A DNA stretch of 64,000 bases from Monocercomonoides exilis PA203 (taxonomy: Eukaryota > Protista > Preaxostyla): positions 1 to 64,000 of the forward strand of contig LSRY02000037.1 of NCBI GenBank assembly GCA_001643675.2. Direction: 5' to 3'. Of the stretch, positions 13,667 through 25,439 are shown piece by piece. Each line of letters starts with the position of its first letter. Positions within the stretch are counted from its first letter, which is position 1. The notes below the pieces were generated by a model. It was not told where the DNA came from and searched no databases. It saw nothing but the letters and a program-made list of their open reading frames with translations. The position numbers and the translations under genes were made by a program.

Positions 13667-15091
13667 TTATCTGGAGAAACTCTTCAAAAGAATTTGATTA
13701 TCTCGACTTGAACAGAAAAAGCTCAAAAAAGCATCCTCAAATCCTTCCTCCTCCAGATTCTCAAACAGATCCTTCTTCGCAATCTTTCTTTTCTCTTCGT
13801 CACTTTGTTCCTTTGGAGTCGCACTCAAACTCTCAAAAATGTCACAAATTGTTTTTGTGCATTTCTCTTTCATTCCGATTCTTATTGTTGATTGCTGCAT
13901 TTCTTGGAGAAAGACATCGACTGCTCCACCTTTCAGCAGATCGCCCACGTATCCAGCATCTTTGCTCACCATGTATCGAAATAGCCCAAAGCATTCGCTG
14001 AACACTTCTCGGCAGCTTTCCTTTGCTGAAGTGATTGTTTTTGCCACACAACGAACAAATTCAGCACATTCAGCACAGTGCATCCTGCTGTTCGAAAAGA
14101 AAGACCAAAGCGTGCCAAACCACCTCCGAATCATCCTCACCTCTTTCCTCTTTTTCACTCTTCTTTCTGTTTTCTCCCAATCGACTCCATTCTTCAGTTC
14201 TTCCAGCTCTCTTGCTGCCTCCCCTCATCAAATCCAGCTCCTTCACAATCACTTTTTCCAGTTCTCTCTCTTTTCCAATTCTCTTCACAAAAACAGCCAG
14301 GCCGATTGTGATGCAAGATGGGTGAGGTTGCGATGCTCTTCGTGGTATTCGATGATTTCTGCCATCTCGCTCACATATCTCTCTTTTTCAATGGGCTTAT
14401 CAAAGTTTTCACAACAGATGGAGTTATCCATTTCACATATTTTTATTTTGAAAAAGAAAAGAAAAAGAAAGAAAGAAAAGAAAAAGAAAAGAAAAAGAAA
14501 AATCGGAATATTCATACCGCAAAATCAGGAATGCAACTCAAAGCCAGCAACGCCATCTCCACCTCTTTTTTGTCTTTTCCTCGCTTTCCTCCTTGCTCAG
14601 CGCAACTTCCAGAAGGCAGGGCTGGCAAACCAGAAGGAGTTCGGGCTCGAAAGAAAAATAAAACTGAAAAAGGGACAGGTGGCATTCGCAAACATCCACA
14701 AGCAGCTTTTTTGTTTTTTCTCTCGTTTTTTCTTTTCTTCCTCAACAGCCATCTTCGCAAGCCTTTTGCTCAGCTGCGATTCGTCGAAACCAAAAGATGC
14801 AATGCTCTCCATCATTTTACAGCGTCCCATCTGCTTCAACAACAAAATCGCCTTTTCCAAAGACAGTTCCTCATCTTCAATCATTTGGCCTATTTCGTTG
14901 AACATCTCCGCAGAATAGAGTGTTTCCAGATTCCGCTCATCCATTTCTGAAATGGCCTCATTCAGCACCTCGAGCACTTCGATTTCATCATCATCACAGC
15001 TGCTTTTCACCGAAGAAAAAATATCTGAAATAAAAAATGAATTAAAAAGAAAATGAAAAACACTGCCAAGTGAACAGCAAATAATGCTCAA
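13667..15091 (-). CDS. ARM-like helical-repeat family paralog (possibly pseudogene)
   Basis: Shares EEELSLEKAILLLK, KEVEMALLALSCI, YHEEHRNLTHLASQSAW, LLKGGAVDVFLQEMQQST and EEEGFED with the 58874-60463 gene. Split over several frames and no clean acceptor is visible for one intron. Confidence 0.6.
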
Positions 15092-17194
15092 TGCAAATCT
15101 GGAAACTGGTCGGCCAAATGCATGTGCTCAATTTCCTTTTTTCTCCACCCTTCCAAAAAACGAAAAATAATGCTTTTTGTCAAAACAAGGAAAAAAATGG
15201 TTCAAATGAAAAAATAAAATAAACTGTTTCCATGGAATTTGTGAAATATTGACTATTCACTTTGTGAAAGAGAACATTGTGTTGGTTGATGATGAAATGA
15301 ATTCTTTCAAAATGAAGAAATATTTGCTCAGTTGTTTCAGGATAAATCAGATGAAATTGCTGGTGAATCTTCAAAATGAATCAGACCATGTTTGTCAAAA
15401 AGAAGAAGAAAATCTTTTGAGCAGCATCTCGAAAATCCATTATTCCACAAATCTTGAGAGTTCGACCATTTTTGGTTCGACGAACATTGAAAATAAAAAG
15501 CAGCTGAGCAAACAGCATTTGAACACGAAAAGTCTCCCTTTTCTGCAGGTCCCTTCTTCTTTCTCCTCTCCTTATTTCTCTCCCCAAGCTCGCATCCACT
15601 TCCACCTTCGCTTCTGCCTCTGTCTTTCTCCCACTTCCTCCATAGACCTCCATTCAACAAGCTTGGAATCTCTGCTTTTATCAAATTCAAACATTCCATA
15701 TTCCCCATCTCACAAGCAAGTTGGCCTTGGTTCTTCCAACTGCATTCTCAATCAGAATTCCAAATGGGCAGCCCCACACTCAGCATCCAAGAACATAACC
15801 ATTTTTGGATCTTGAGAAAGAATGCTCAGTTTCATGATTTTCCCTTGTCAGCAGATAAATATTCACAAATGGCAATGTCTTGCTTGATTTTGTGCCTGTC
15901 GTTGTTTCACAGGATTCCGAAGCAAACAAATCACATGTGATGTTGGTGTGTTGTTTGGCCATTCTAACTGCTTTTCCTTTTTTCCTTTTTTTTTTTCTGA
16001 TGAAATGAAATGAATATCAAAGCGGAAAACAGAAATGGAAGATTGAGATGGTTGTAGCAAATGAATGGAGCTTGCTGAACCCTTCAAAAACTGCTTCATA
16101 GCAGAGGCAAGGAAGACTCATAATAAGCACATGCAGTTGCGCTCTGCTCTTTTGAAAGAAGACACAGCAATCAGTGGAAGCACAGAAGGCGTTGAAAAAC
16201 AGAAAATCAATTTTATTTCCTGAAAGCGAGTCAACAACGGAGCAGTTGCATCGCTGTGCAACCTCAAACAAGAAGCACTTCTTCTCCAAACTGATATTAA
16301 TTTTTTTTCAAAAGAACACACATTTCCCTTCTTTTTGTAAAAGCAGAAGATTGTTCAATCCCTTTTGCGATTAACTCCCTTTTCACATGCTTCCCAGCGC
16401 TTTTTTTCTCCTTCTGCCTTTTGTTCCCACCAAGCATCCTGCTTTTGATGCTGCCATCCGCTTTCATCATTCAAAAATATTTCTTCATTCATTTTTTACA
16501 GGAGCTGTCCAATTATTCGCATTCGTCTTTTTCCTCTTTGTCCAAATGCTTTTCTGCTGAATTTGTTTTTCAGCACCAGAATCTTTGAATGTCAAAAACA
16601 TGCAATTCTTATCTGCTGATTGCCACTCCGCATTCAGCTCTCCTGTGGTGCTCTGTTTCTCGAAGATAAGATTTCCTCATTCATAATATTCGGCACATTC
16701 TCTGATTTTGTGAGGATGAAAACCGTGGAGAAATACCATGATGAAAAAGGGCAATAAAAAAAATTCAAACAAAAAGTGATGGAAGTTCGCTGTTTCAGAA
16801 AAAGAATATTATTTGCGGTTCATATTTGAAAATCTTCTCACAAAAACTTCCTTCTTTTCATTTTTATTCTTATTATTTTTTTCAACCTCTGCATCATATA
16901 ATACTTCTTATTCTGCGAGGAATGTTCATTTGGCTTTTCTCAGATCTTGTTGATCTAATATTTCCGTCTTCCGCACACCATAATTTAAAGCAGCCATAAC
17001 ATTTTCTATCAAAAGACAAAGCGTTGATTTATCTCTTGAATTGCAAGCCAGAAATGCTTATGGACAAAAGAATTGTGTGGATGCTGCGAATATTTATTTT
17101 TCATCTATTTTGTCACATTAAACGTGTGCACAATCGATGTGAATGATAAATTGCGGATGCTATCTGGGTGGACCGCTTTGGCGAAATGCAGGGA

Positions 17195-17321
17195 ATGAAT
17201 GCCTGCCAAAAATTTGGTGGTTTGTGATCATAGTTATTTTCAGGATCATGATGATGGCGTTTCTTTCCTTTTTTCTTTGTTTTTGAAGAATTGTTATCCG
17301 AGCTGGAAAATTGCGATGAAT
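17195..17321 (+). pseudogene. 5' stub of an ARM-like family gene, truncated by the DIRS element
   Basis: ATG 17195, GT-AG intron 17217-17288; spliced product MNACQKFELLSELENCDE matches the family start (EQFSKMFCELEHCRED) with the same phase-1 intron. Confidence 0.6.
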
Positions 17322-17404
17322 TCGCAATAAAGCGAATCTATGAACGCAAGGAGCAGGTTTGCTCCTCAATAATGAGTTTGATCTTAAATTATGGGTGGTT
17401 TAAG
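17319..17404 (+). repeat. DIRS left terminus (left extension plus inverted terminal repeat)
   Basis: About 17359-17404 is the reverse complement of about 23278-23323; 17319-17377 is the reverse complement of the 5' half of the ICR. Confidence 0.9.
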
Positions 17405-17479
17405 ATCAAACTTCGCTAACGAATTCACTTCTTGTTCAGACCATTGTCCGCAGCTGAAATGACGCTAGATCCTGTTAGT

Positions 17480-18625
17480 ATGGCAGACAGCGACAGCGAG
17501 GAGAAGACCTTTGATCTTGTTCAAAGGCTCAAGAGAGTTGATAATTGGATCGATAAAGTGTCGAGGAGCAGAGAATGACTAAGTCACTCCGGAGCAGTAG
17601 GAATATTACCAATGAGAAAGACGAAGAGGGAACGGCCAAGAAGAAGATCTCTGACGAGATCAAGCGAATCTGAGTCCGAAACTAATTGTTCAGAAATGAT
17701 CGCAAAGAAGAGACACAGACAGCGATTGAGGGGCAGTCGCGTATGTTACCAGACGAAGAGATGGGACGAAGAGGAAATCAGCGAGAGCGATTCCGGAAGA
17801 ACAGAAAAGCGGGAAGAAGAGCAGGAAAGATCGGAAGACTTTTTGGGAATTTTCCCAGACGTATGGCTGACGCCCAGGAGGCAGGCGGGCGAACTGAAGA
17901 GATTTATGGAGTTTTGCAAGGCCGGATCGATTTGAATAAACGATGATATCTTAAACACGTTTATTCGAGAGACGGAAAAGAACTTTTTCACCAGACACAC
18001 TGATGCGACTTTGAACGCCTTAGCGGTGACGGAGGTCACTGCTGAAGGAAGAAAGGACTTACCAGAAGCTGTCCGGGTTATGGAACTGTTCCAACCTGCT
18101 CTCGAATCGGGGTTTGAAGCTGCCAAGGCGATTGCAGCCCTCACAACAAGAGAATTGAGGAAGACACATTTAGAGGAAGAAGAGAAAGAGCGACTGAGGG
18201 GACTCTTCTGCTCATATGCACTGATTGTAGACTGTATCAGCCGGATTAATCTACTAAAATTTATACCACAGTCAAACTGGGAGAATGTGAAGTGTTTCCG
18301 TGAAGGGGGAACGTCCAAGGACGTCCCAGAGAGCCTGAGGAGGTTGGTGGAGAGTACCAGCTTTTTTCGTCCAGAGGGGGATGCTCCAGGGTACGGAGCA
18401 TCCCCCTCTTCTCCCACAGCCTTCGGCCTTGTCGCAGCCAGGATCGGACGCTCAAGGAGGTACAGCACAGGCAGGAACGCTCAGGGCTTCGCTTACAGAC
18501 AGCTCCAAAAGCATGGCTTCGATGCGAGCTTCACGAATTTCAAAGAAAGAAGGAGATCAACACCTCCCCTACCACAGGATGCCCCAGCATCACTGGAAGA
18601 CCAGTCCCTACTACGGGACCATTAA
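17480..18625 (+). pseudogene. DIRS ORF1 (gag-like), interrupted by in-frame stops
   Basis: ORFs at 17480, 17612-17935 and 18011-18625 share one frame; called by position as the first ORF of the element. Confidence 0.55.
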
Positions 18626-19199
18626 TACCGGCTCCCCCAAGAACCCAAGGAGGGACAGCTGTGGATTCGACTCTCGGAACGAGCTAGTGGTCGCAGGAGG
18701 AAGGAGGAGGAGAGGAGAGAGAGAAGAGAGAGCTGCGCTTTGCCGCGAGACCGAGAAGAGAGAGAGAATCAAATTGCAGCGAAATGGATATACAACGAGA
18801 AACCGTAGTTACGGGCGAGATGCGATCAGAGACGGAAGTACAGGAACAACACGTGAACATCGGAGAGGTTGCGAGCTCGTTAGGCCAAAAAAGAGAGAGA
18901 GAACAAGAAACCACAGGGGATCATGTGATGGAGAGACTGAGAGAAGATGTGCGACACGAGGCAACGAGAACAGAAGGAGACTCCGCATATCCCCGAGTGA
19001 CGGGACAGATGAGCGAGAGGAGGAACGAGAAGATAGTTTGGAGAGCTTCTGGGACTGTTATCGAGTCCCCAATTTGGAGCGCCCTGGAGGTGAGCTCGAA
19101 GACAGCTATTGTAGATACTCTCGAAGGAGAAGGAAATACACAGATACAGTTTGGCCACAAGACGCCTGGAGTGAAGGAGAGTATAGCGATTGGTCCACC

Positions 19200-21134
19200 G
19201 AGGGAGCCATTGCATGGGAGACTAGTGAACAGATTGAACGAGTGAAGAAGATTGGGGGAGACAAACAAGTGAGCCGTGGTATAAGAGCTCGGTGGAGAAG
19301 CCCCTAGCCTCCAAGCTCACTCGAGGAGAGAAAACACAGACTGGAATTTTGTGGAGCGATGGAGATGATGAGGAATTATTTATCCCTCTTGGAGGAGGAA
19401 TTGAAGGACGGAGTGGTGATACCCTAGAAGGAGTCGGAGGTGAAGTGGTTCAACCCGACATACATGGTGATAAAGAAGAACGGGAAGAGGAGAAAGATTC
19501 TGGATTGCAGGGCGCATAATGAGGAAGTACAGAGAAAATACTTCAAGATGGATTCCCAGGAGACAGTGGTGGAACTCCTGGAGGAAAACGATTGGATGAC
19601 CACTCTGGATGTATTGAGTGTATACCAGCATGTCAAGGTGGACGAACAATTCAGTCCTCACATGTGCTTCAGTTTTCAGAATCAATGTCACTCTTACGTA
19701 GGGATGCCATTTGGAGCGAAGGATGCTCACAGAATATTCACAAAAATAATGAGAAAGGCAGTTTCATATGTCAGAGAACAGTGGAAGGTGAAGCTTGTAA
19801 TATACCTGGACGACATACTCCTCATGCACCCAGACAGGGATTCACTGAGATTAATCACACAAGAAATTGCCCAGATCTTGAGGAGTCTGGGCTGGATATT
19901 GTCGGAAGAGAAATTGAAGTTGGAACCCACAAGGAGCGTGGAGTTTCTGGGATGGTTGTGGAACTCAGAGAAGATGGAAGTGACGCTCCAAGAGAGGAAG
20001 AGAGTGCTGCTCCTGGAGGATGTGCGAACCTGGATAGCACATGCAAAGAAAAGGAGGAGACAAAGGACGAGGGATTTAGCAGCACTCCTCGGGAGGTTGA
20101 ATTTTGTGAGGTTACAACACCCACCAGCCAGTTTGTGGATGAAGCGAATGCAATACATACTGAGGCAGGCAATAGCCCGCGGGGGCTGGAAGGGGACGGT
20201 AATAGCCAACCCAATGCTGTTGGGAGAATTAACACATTGGAGAAAGACCCTGCAAGAGAACAGACCAAGGAGTCTGAGGAGAAGAGCAAAGCCAGCAGAA
20301 CTAACAACGAACGCCTCAGAGCTTGGATGGGGTGCAGTGTTAACAATTCCGAGAGAGAACAAAAAGTAGAAGATATATATTCACGGAAGTTGGACACTCC
20401 AGGAGAGTGCGTTAGCGATAAAAGAGAAGGAGTCCAGAGCAGTGTTGAGGACACAAGAGAGAAAGGGAGCATGGCTGCAACAACAGAAGATAGATCATAT
20501 TCGTCTGAAGACAGGCAACATGTCCACGAGATGGACGATCCAGAAGAAAAGGGGAGCGCCATCGCTCATTCCAACACTGAGAGCATTAGAGAAGAAATTG
20601 AACAGCCTGGACATTACGATACAGACGGAACATCTCCCGGGAGAACAAAATACGGAAGCAGACGCACTCAGCCGGATAACGAGAAAGCCGGACTATGCAC
20701 TGAGGGGGGAGAAAGTCGCAGAGATATTTCAAATTGTCGCACCGAAAACACCAGATATTATTTCAGAACCGATTGCGCCGGTGCCCAGAGAAAGTATTTG
20801 GAGACGATCCTCTCTGAGAAGGAGGAGAGAGAGAGCAATGCCAGAAGACGAGATAGCGCTAGTCCACCAGTTCCTGAGAAACATTGGACGGGTGTTGAAG
20901 GAGAAGATGAACGAAGCTCAGAGGGAACTAACGATTCTTATTCTTCCAGCCTGGTGGGGGCAGACCTGGACCCCGCTGCTGCAGCCTGGGCATTCGATAA
21001 AGACCCTGGGGTCCTTTCAGGAGCGCATGATACCGGAAGCGAAGATGAGAAGGGAAGGCTGGAAATTACCCCCAGGAGAGGTGATATCCGTCACACTGGA
21101 GAAGAGAATATACAAGGAAGAGACCTCTTCTTAA
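19200..21134 (+). pseudogene. DIRS reverse transcriptase - RNase H - methyltransferase-like ORF with internal stops
   Basis: RKILDCR, GMPFGA, VIYLDDILL, VEFLGW; RNase H TTNASELGWG (D to N), HLPGEQNTEADALSR; C-terminal ILILPAWWGQTW as in the DIRS MT-like domain. Stops at about 19305, 19425 and 20367. Confidence 0.9.
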
Positions 21135-22444
21135 CATGGGGAGAATATGTGGGAGCAAGAGATATTGCAGCAGCAATACAAAAAAATCAGAAGAGTGAAA
21201 GAGATGTATGGAGAGCGCTGCGAAGATTAAAGCAACTCCTGGATGGGGAAAGCATGGATGACACTGATCCCCTCACAAATAAAGATGCAAAGCGGATTAT
21301 GGCAGAGTTCACCGAAACACTCTCGAATACGAACCTCTCAAACGGAGTGATTCATCAGACAGTTCGGAGAGTGCTGGATTCTATTAATTTCTTCAGAGAG
21401 ATTAAGATTGATGGGAAGGATATAAATTAACTTTAAAGTACTTATGTACGAGAGAAGAAGAGGACGGGCAAACGATATAAATCAATGTGGGATCTTGCAA
21501 TTATTACTGAATGGGCAGAAGTCACCAACGATATGACAGACCCACGAACACTCCAGATGAGAGCCCTCATCCTCACTCTGATCTTCGGAGCTTTAATGCC
21601 AGCAGAACAGGAAAGAATGAGAAGTGACACAGCTTTATTTAAGGACGAGTTAGTCCAGACACAAGTACAAACAAAAACATCAGGGGGAGAGACGGTTAAG
21701 GTTATTATAAATAAACATCCAAACCCACGTATCGATGCAGTTGTTGCGCTCCAACGTTGGATGGATTATTCAAAGACGACTTTAAAAGATGAGCATGTGT
21801 TGTTCGATATTGGTGATAATCAACCTGCAAATATACAGAGAATCAAAAAGGAATAAGTAGCTGTCCTGAGAGAGAACGGAATACCTGAAGCATTCACCGC
21901 GTTCTCCATAAGACATGCAGTGATAACACACTGAGCTAGACGAGAAGGAGCGGACTGAAAGGCAATCAATACATACGCGAGATGGGAGTCAGGTTCGAGA
22001 GTGGTCCAGGAGGATAACACCGTGTTACCGGTTCAAGATACAAAATGGATCCTGCAGACAATCGGAGGCCCAGCACCCCTTGCGGAAAAGGGAGACAAGT
22101 CGGAGAAGGACAGTGATAGAAAAAATACAAGAAATGAGAAAACAATACCAGGAATAAAGGAATATACAGGAGAAAGTTTACAAGATGGAGGAGAAGTGGA
22201 AGTGAGCAAGAGGAAGAGATCGAAGAGACGAGGGCCAATTCGAGAGAGGAGGTCGCAGCTTGAGAACGATATAACACAACCCCCCAAAGGTGACGAGACA
22301 TCCCCCATAATTCCCCGCAGCATAATGGAGCTGACGGAGGGTAGACAGACTGCCTCACAGAAAAAGTTTGAAACTGATCGGAAGAAACGCGTAGAGAGAA
22401 GCATAGGACAAATTGCCAGGTCCGCTCAAGTGTCGAAGACCTGA
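19592..22444 (+). pseudogene. DIRS tyrosine recombinase ORF overlapping the RT ORF, with internal stops
   Basis: ORFs 19592-21430, 21485-21856 and 22001-22444 share one frame. YR-like motifs LTLIFGALMPAE (catalytic R appears mutated), IDAVVALQRW, AFSIRHA, ARWESGS. Confidence 0.75.
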
Positions 22445-22596
22445 TCAAGAACACCCCGAGAACATTCCAAGAGAGGGAGGGAGTAGAGACAGGGTCCTCA
22501 CCTTCGTCCACAGTCCCTCTGTTCATCCGCCGCACGAGAAAGTGCAAGGCAGGAGGGTTAAAGATCAGGGGAGAAAAGAGAACGAGGGGTTTCAGG

Positions 22597-22693
22597 ACTC
22601 ATTATCGTGGAGCAAACCTGCTACTTGCGTTCAAAGATTAGCTTTATTGCGAATTGATAGAACTCAGTGAGACAGGATTTGCTCTGAAATAAT
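22597..22693 (+). repeat. DIRS internal complementary region (ICR)
   Basis: ACTCATTATCGTGGAGCAAACCTG...TTTATTGCGA-ATT-GATAGAACTCAGTGAGACAGGATTTGCTCTGAAATAAT is the reverse complement of right end + AAT + left end. Confidence 0.9.
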
Positions 22694-23277
22694 ACGAACG
22701 CGGATGGAGAGACTCAGAGAGGCTGGGTGCGTAAGAGAGAGAAACATATTAGGAATATGACGAGGAAAAGGGCGAGACAGCAGAGGAGAGAAGAAAGGAA
22801 AAACCGTCCAGAAAGATATAGCGCACCTTTAACCTGTATTGAGAAACAGGGAATGAAGAAAAAGTTTTAAGCATGAGCCAACTCCAATATATAATGTTAT
22901 TAAGTTGCAAAGAGAAGAGTCAGATAGATTCACACAGCATGTGGTGAGTGGTTAAGCTCTACTGAATCAGCAGAAGAGCGAAAGGCAGAGCACATCACAC
23001 GCAGTTTTCGATTCCACGCCTCGCGGAAGCTAGAGTGGTTTTTCTTTCTGCTCCGTTTTTAGCTTTCGCCTCACCGGATCCCTGCACGGACTGCAGGAGA
23101 CAGCTCCGAGGGGCAATGTCACCTGTCCTCTGGTCTTCGTTACCAAGGCGAAAAGGCGAAGTCGGTAGTGAAGTGAAGCGGACAATGCATTATTTCATTT
23201 TTCAATTATTAATGTTATTGTTTTGTATTTTATTTCGCCCTTTTTTCCACGTCATTTTGGGGAGGGAGAAGTTCTCA

Positions 23278-23349
23278 CTTAAACCATCCATAATTCAAGA
23301 TCAAACTCATTATTTCGGAGCAAATCCTGTCTCACTGCGTTCTATCAAT
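23278..23349 (+). repeat. DIRS right terminus (inverted terminal repeat plus right extension)
   Basis: CTTAAACCATCCATAATTCAAGATCAAACTCATTATT matches the reverse complement of the left terminus; the distal part matches the ICR. Confidence 0.9.
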
Positions 23350-23968
23350 AATAACTTCAAAAACGAAACATATTTGCTCACATATAATTATTTCTAATGC
23401 AACTCAAAGCCAGTAAAGCCATTTCCGCTTCTTTCTGAGTCTCCTCGTTTCCCTCTTTCTTCGAGGCAACCTTCAGAAGGCAAGGCACATAAATTGAATG
23501 AAATTCTGAAGAAATTTGTCCTTAAAGCAAAAGATGGCACTCGCAAAGATCTATCAAAAACTTTTCATTCATTTCTTCTTTCTTCTTCTCTTCGTCAATT
23601 ATCATCTTTTGAAATCTTCCGCTCAGCGAAGAACTATCAAAGAATAGGTTCCTGACATTTTTCAGCGCTTTGCAATATCGCACGGACTTCAACAACAAAA
23701 TTGCGTTTCTCCATGGCAATTTCTCTTCTCCAATCATTTTGTCTATTTTATTACACATTCTTTCTGTGAAAATTGATATGAATTCTTTTTTTTCATTTCA
23801 TTAACTATTTCATTCATTTCCTCTATTTTCTGCATTTGTTCATCTTCTCTGCAACCCTCCAGTTCACAAAACAATTCTGCAAAGGGTATGCAAAAATACA
23901 AAACTTATGTTCAGAATGGTTCAATCCAAAAAAAATGGCAAACTTGAAAACTTCTCGGTTTTGGTCAT
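23350..23968 (-). pseudogene. 5' half of an ARM-like family paralog, truncated in intron 2 by the DIRS right end
   Basis: MTKTEKFS / LFCELEGCREDEQ / NKIDKMIGEEKLPWRNAILLLK / EETQKEAEMALLALSCI closely match 58874-59642; contains a frameshift and a stop. Confidence 0.8.
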
Positions 23969-23999
23969 AATACGAATTCTTTCTTCATATTTATCGTTA

Positions 24000-24830
24000 T
24001 CACATTTTCTTATTCCGCTTGTTGCAAAATGTTTTCAAAAATTGTGGAAAAGCCTTGTAAATAACAAAATGAAAAATAAAAACAAACATAATTGATTATC
24101 TTGCAGTACATAAATGATCGCAATACAAATGGTTTTGTTTTTGCTAAAATAAAAGAAATGCAAAAGAAAGTGGATAGAAATTTCAAGGATTGGCTGAATG
24201 AAGCCACAAAATGGAAATATTTTATTTCTTTTTGATCATAACCAACAGTTTATTTTCTGAATTATGTTTTTTTGTTTGAAACAAAAGTATTCTTATTTAT
24301 CATGAATAGCATATTTCTAATTTATGAATGGAATAAATTGCAAACACTTGAGCTAGAGAAAATGAAATCTTGGGATTGAAGCAGTGAATGAAAGATTTTT
24401 CTCATTTTTTTGTGATGAAGAATGAGTCAAAAACCAAAAACAGATGAAACTTAAAGGAAAAGCATGTTTTGTGAATTGTTGCATTTAAAGTCATTTATCA
24501 ATGGACCGTTGGGTTATGAAAGATGAAAAGAAATGAAATTCTGAAAAACAACATAGATCGATAAAAGGACATGAATATAAACATGGAAAACATGAATTCT
24601 GAGTGGCGGAAGATCAAGGTTTAATGCTTTTATTTCCAAATAATCACGTATCTTGAAGAAAAGCATGAAGTCCAGCACCAACAGAAAAGATGAAGATCCC
24701 CTTGTTTTGTGAGAGTGAAACATAAAAAGAAATATGTTCATTTCATTGAACGATATTGAAAGATTTGTGCATTCAAGGCCATATTCTTTCGACTGAAATG
24801 AGATTTGGAGAAAAAAGAAAAGAAGATAAG
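24000..24830 (-). repeat. Upstream non-coding block homologous to about 58100-58870 (inverted)
   Basis: Shared strings such as CTTGAGCTAGAGAAAATGAAATCTTGGGATTGAAG and GTGATGAAGAATGAGTC occur as reverse complements at about 58470-58555. Confidence 0.85.
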
Positions 24831-25439
24831 GAGGAGGAGAAAATAAGAAGAAACGATTATTGAAAAAAAGATGACGAAAAACTGGCAAATAATGAAGATG
24901 GATATGATTAATACATTTCAAAGAAATTTGTTTAATTGAAAATGGAAAAATGGAAATTGAAAGGGAAGTTTTTAAGAAAACTGAACAAATATTGGAAACA
25001 ACATTGTTTTTCGAGTTTATTGATCTGATGGGAAGGGGGGGGGGGATTAATCTAAAAAAAATTATTTTATTCCTCTCTTTTCATATAAAATGCACTGATA
25101 AATCAGATTTTTTTAATGCATTTTTGTTCGATTCTTACAAAATCTTTTCTTCCAACAAAAAGACAAATCAATAAATTGATCATTTTATCTACGATGCAAT
25201 TATTCTGCTTCTTCTACACCTTCCTCTTCCTTTTCTTCATTTTCTTCTCTTTCCTCTCAATCATCCACAGCACTTGCGACTAATACTTCGGACATATCGA
25301 CTGTAACGATGATTGTATTATGCATGTAGGAAACAGCAGTTGCGGTGATGGATGATATCGAGAGATGGCTTCGTTGATTGTTGTATTTGAAGAATGTGAT
25401 GTGCATTGAAGGAACATACTACGGGGTTATGTTGTGGCG

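Larger units (their letters stand above)
17319..23349 (+). mobile_element. DIRS1-type tyrosine-recombinase retrotransposon, full length, degenerate
   Basis: gag-like, RT-RNase H-methyltransferase-like and tyrosine recombinase ORFs; inverted termini; internal complementary region matching both ends; AAT at both borders and no longer TSD. Confidence 0.92.

Noticed and set aside
22700-23200. Hammerhead, hairpin or HDV ribozyme in the DIRS 3' region
   Set aside because: No CUGANGA core was found on either strand, and the TCCACGC loop lacks matching P1/P2 partners; kept only as a generic structure candidate.
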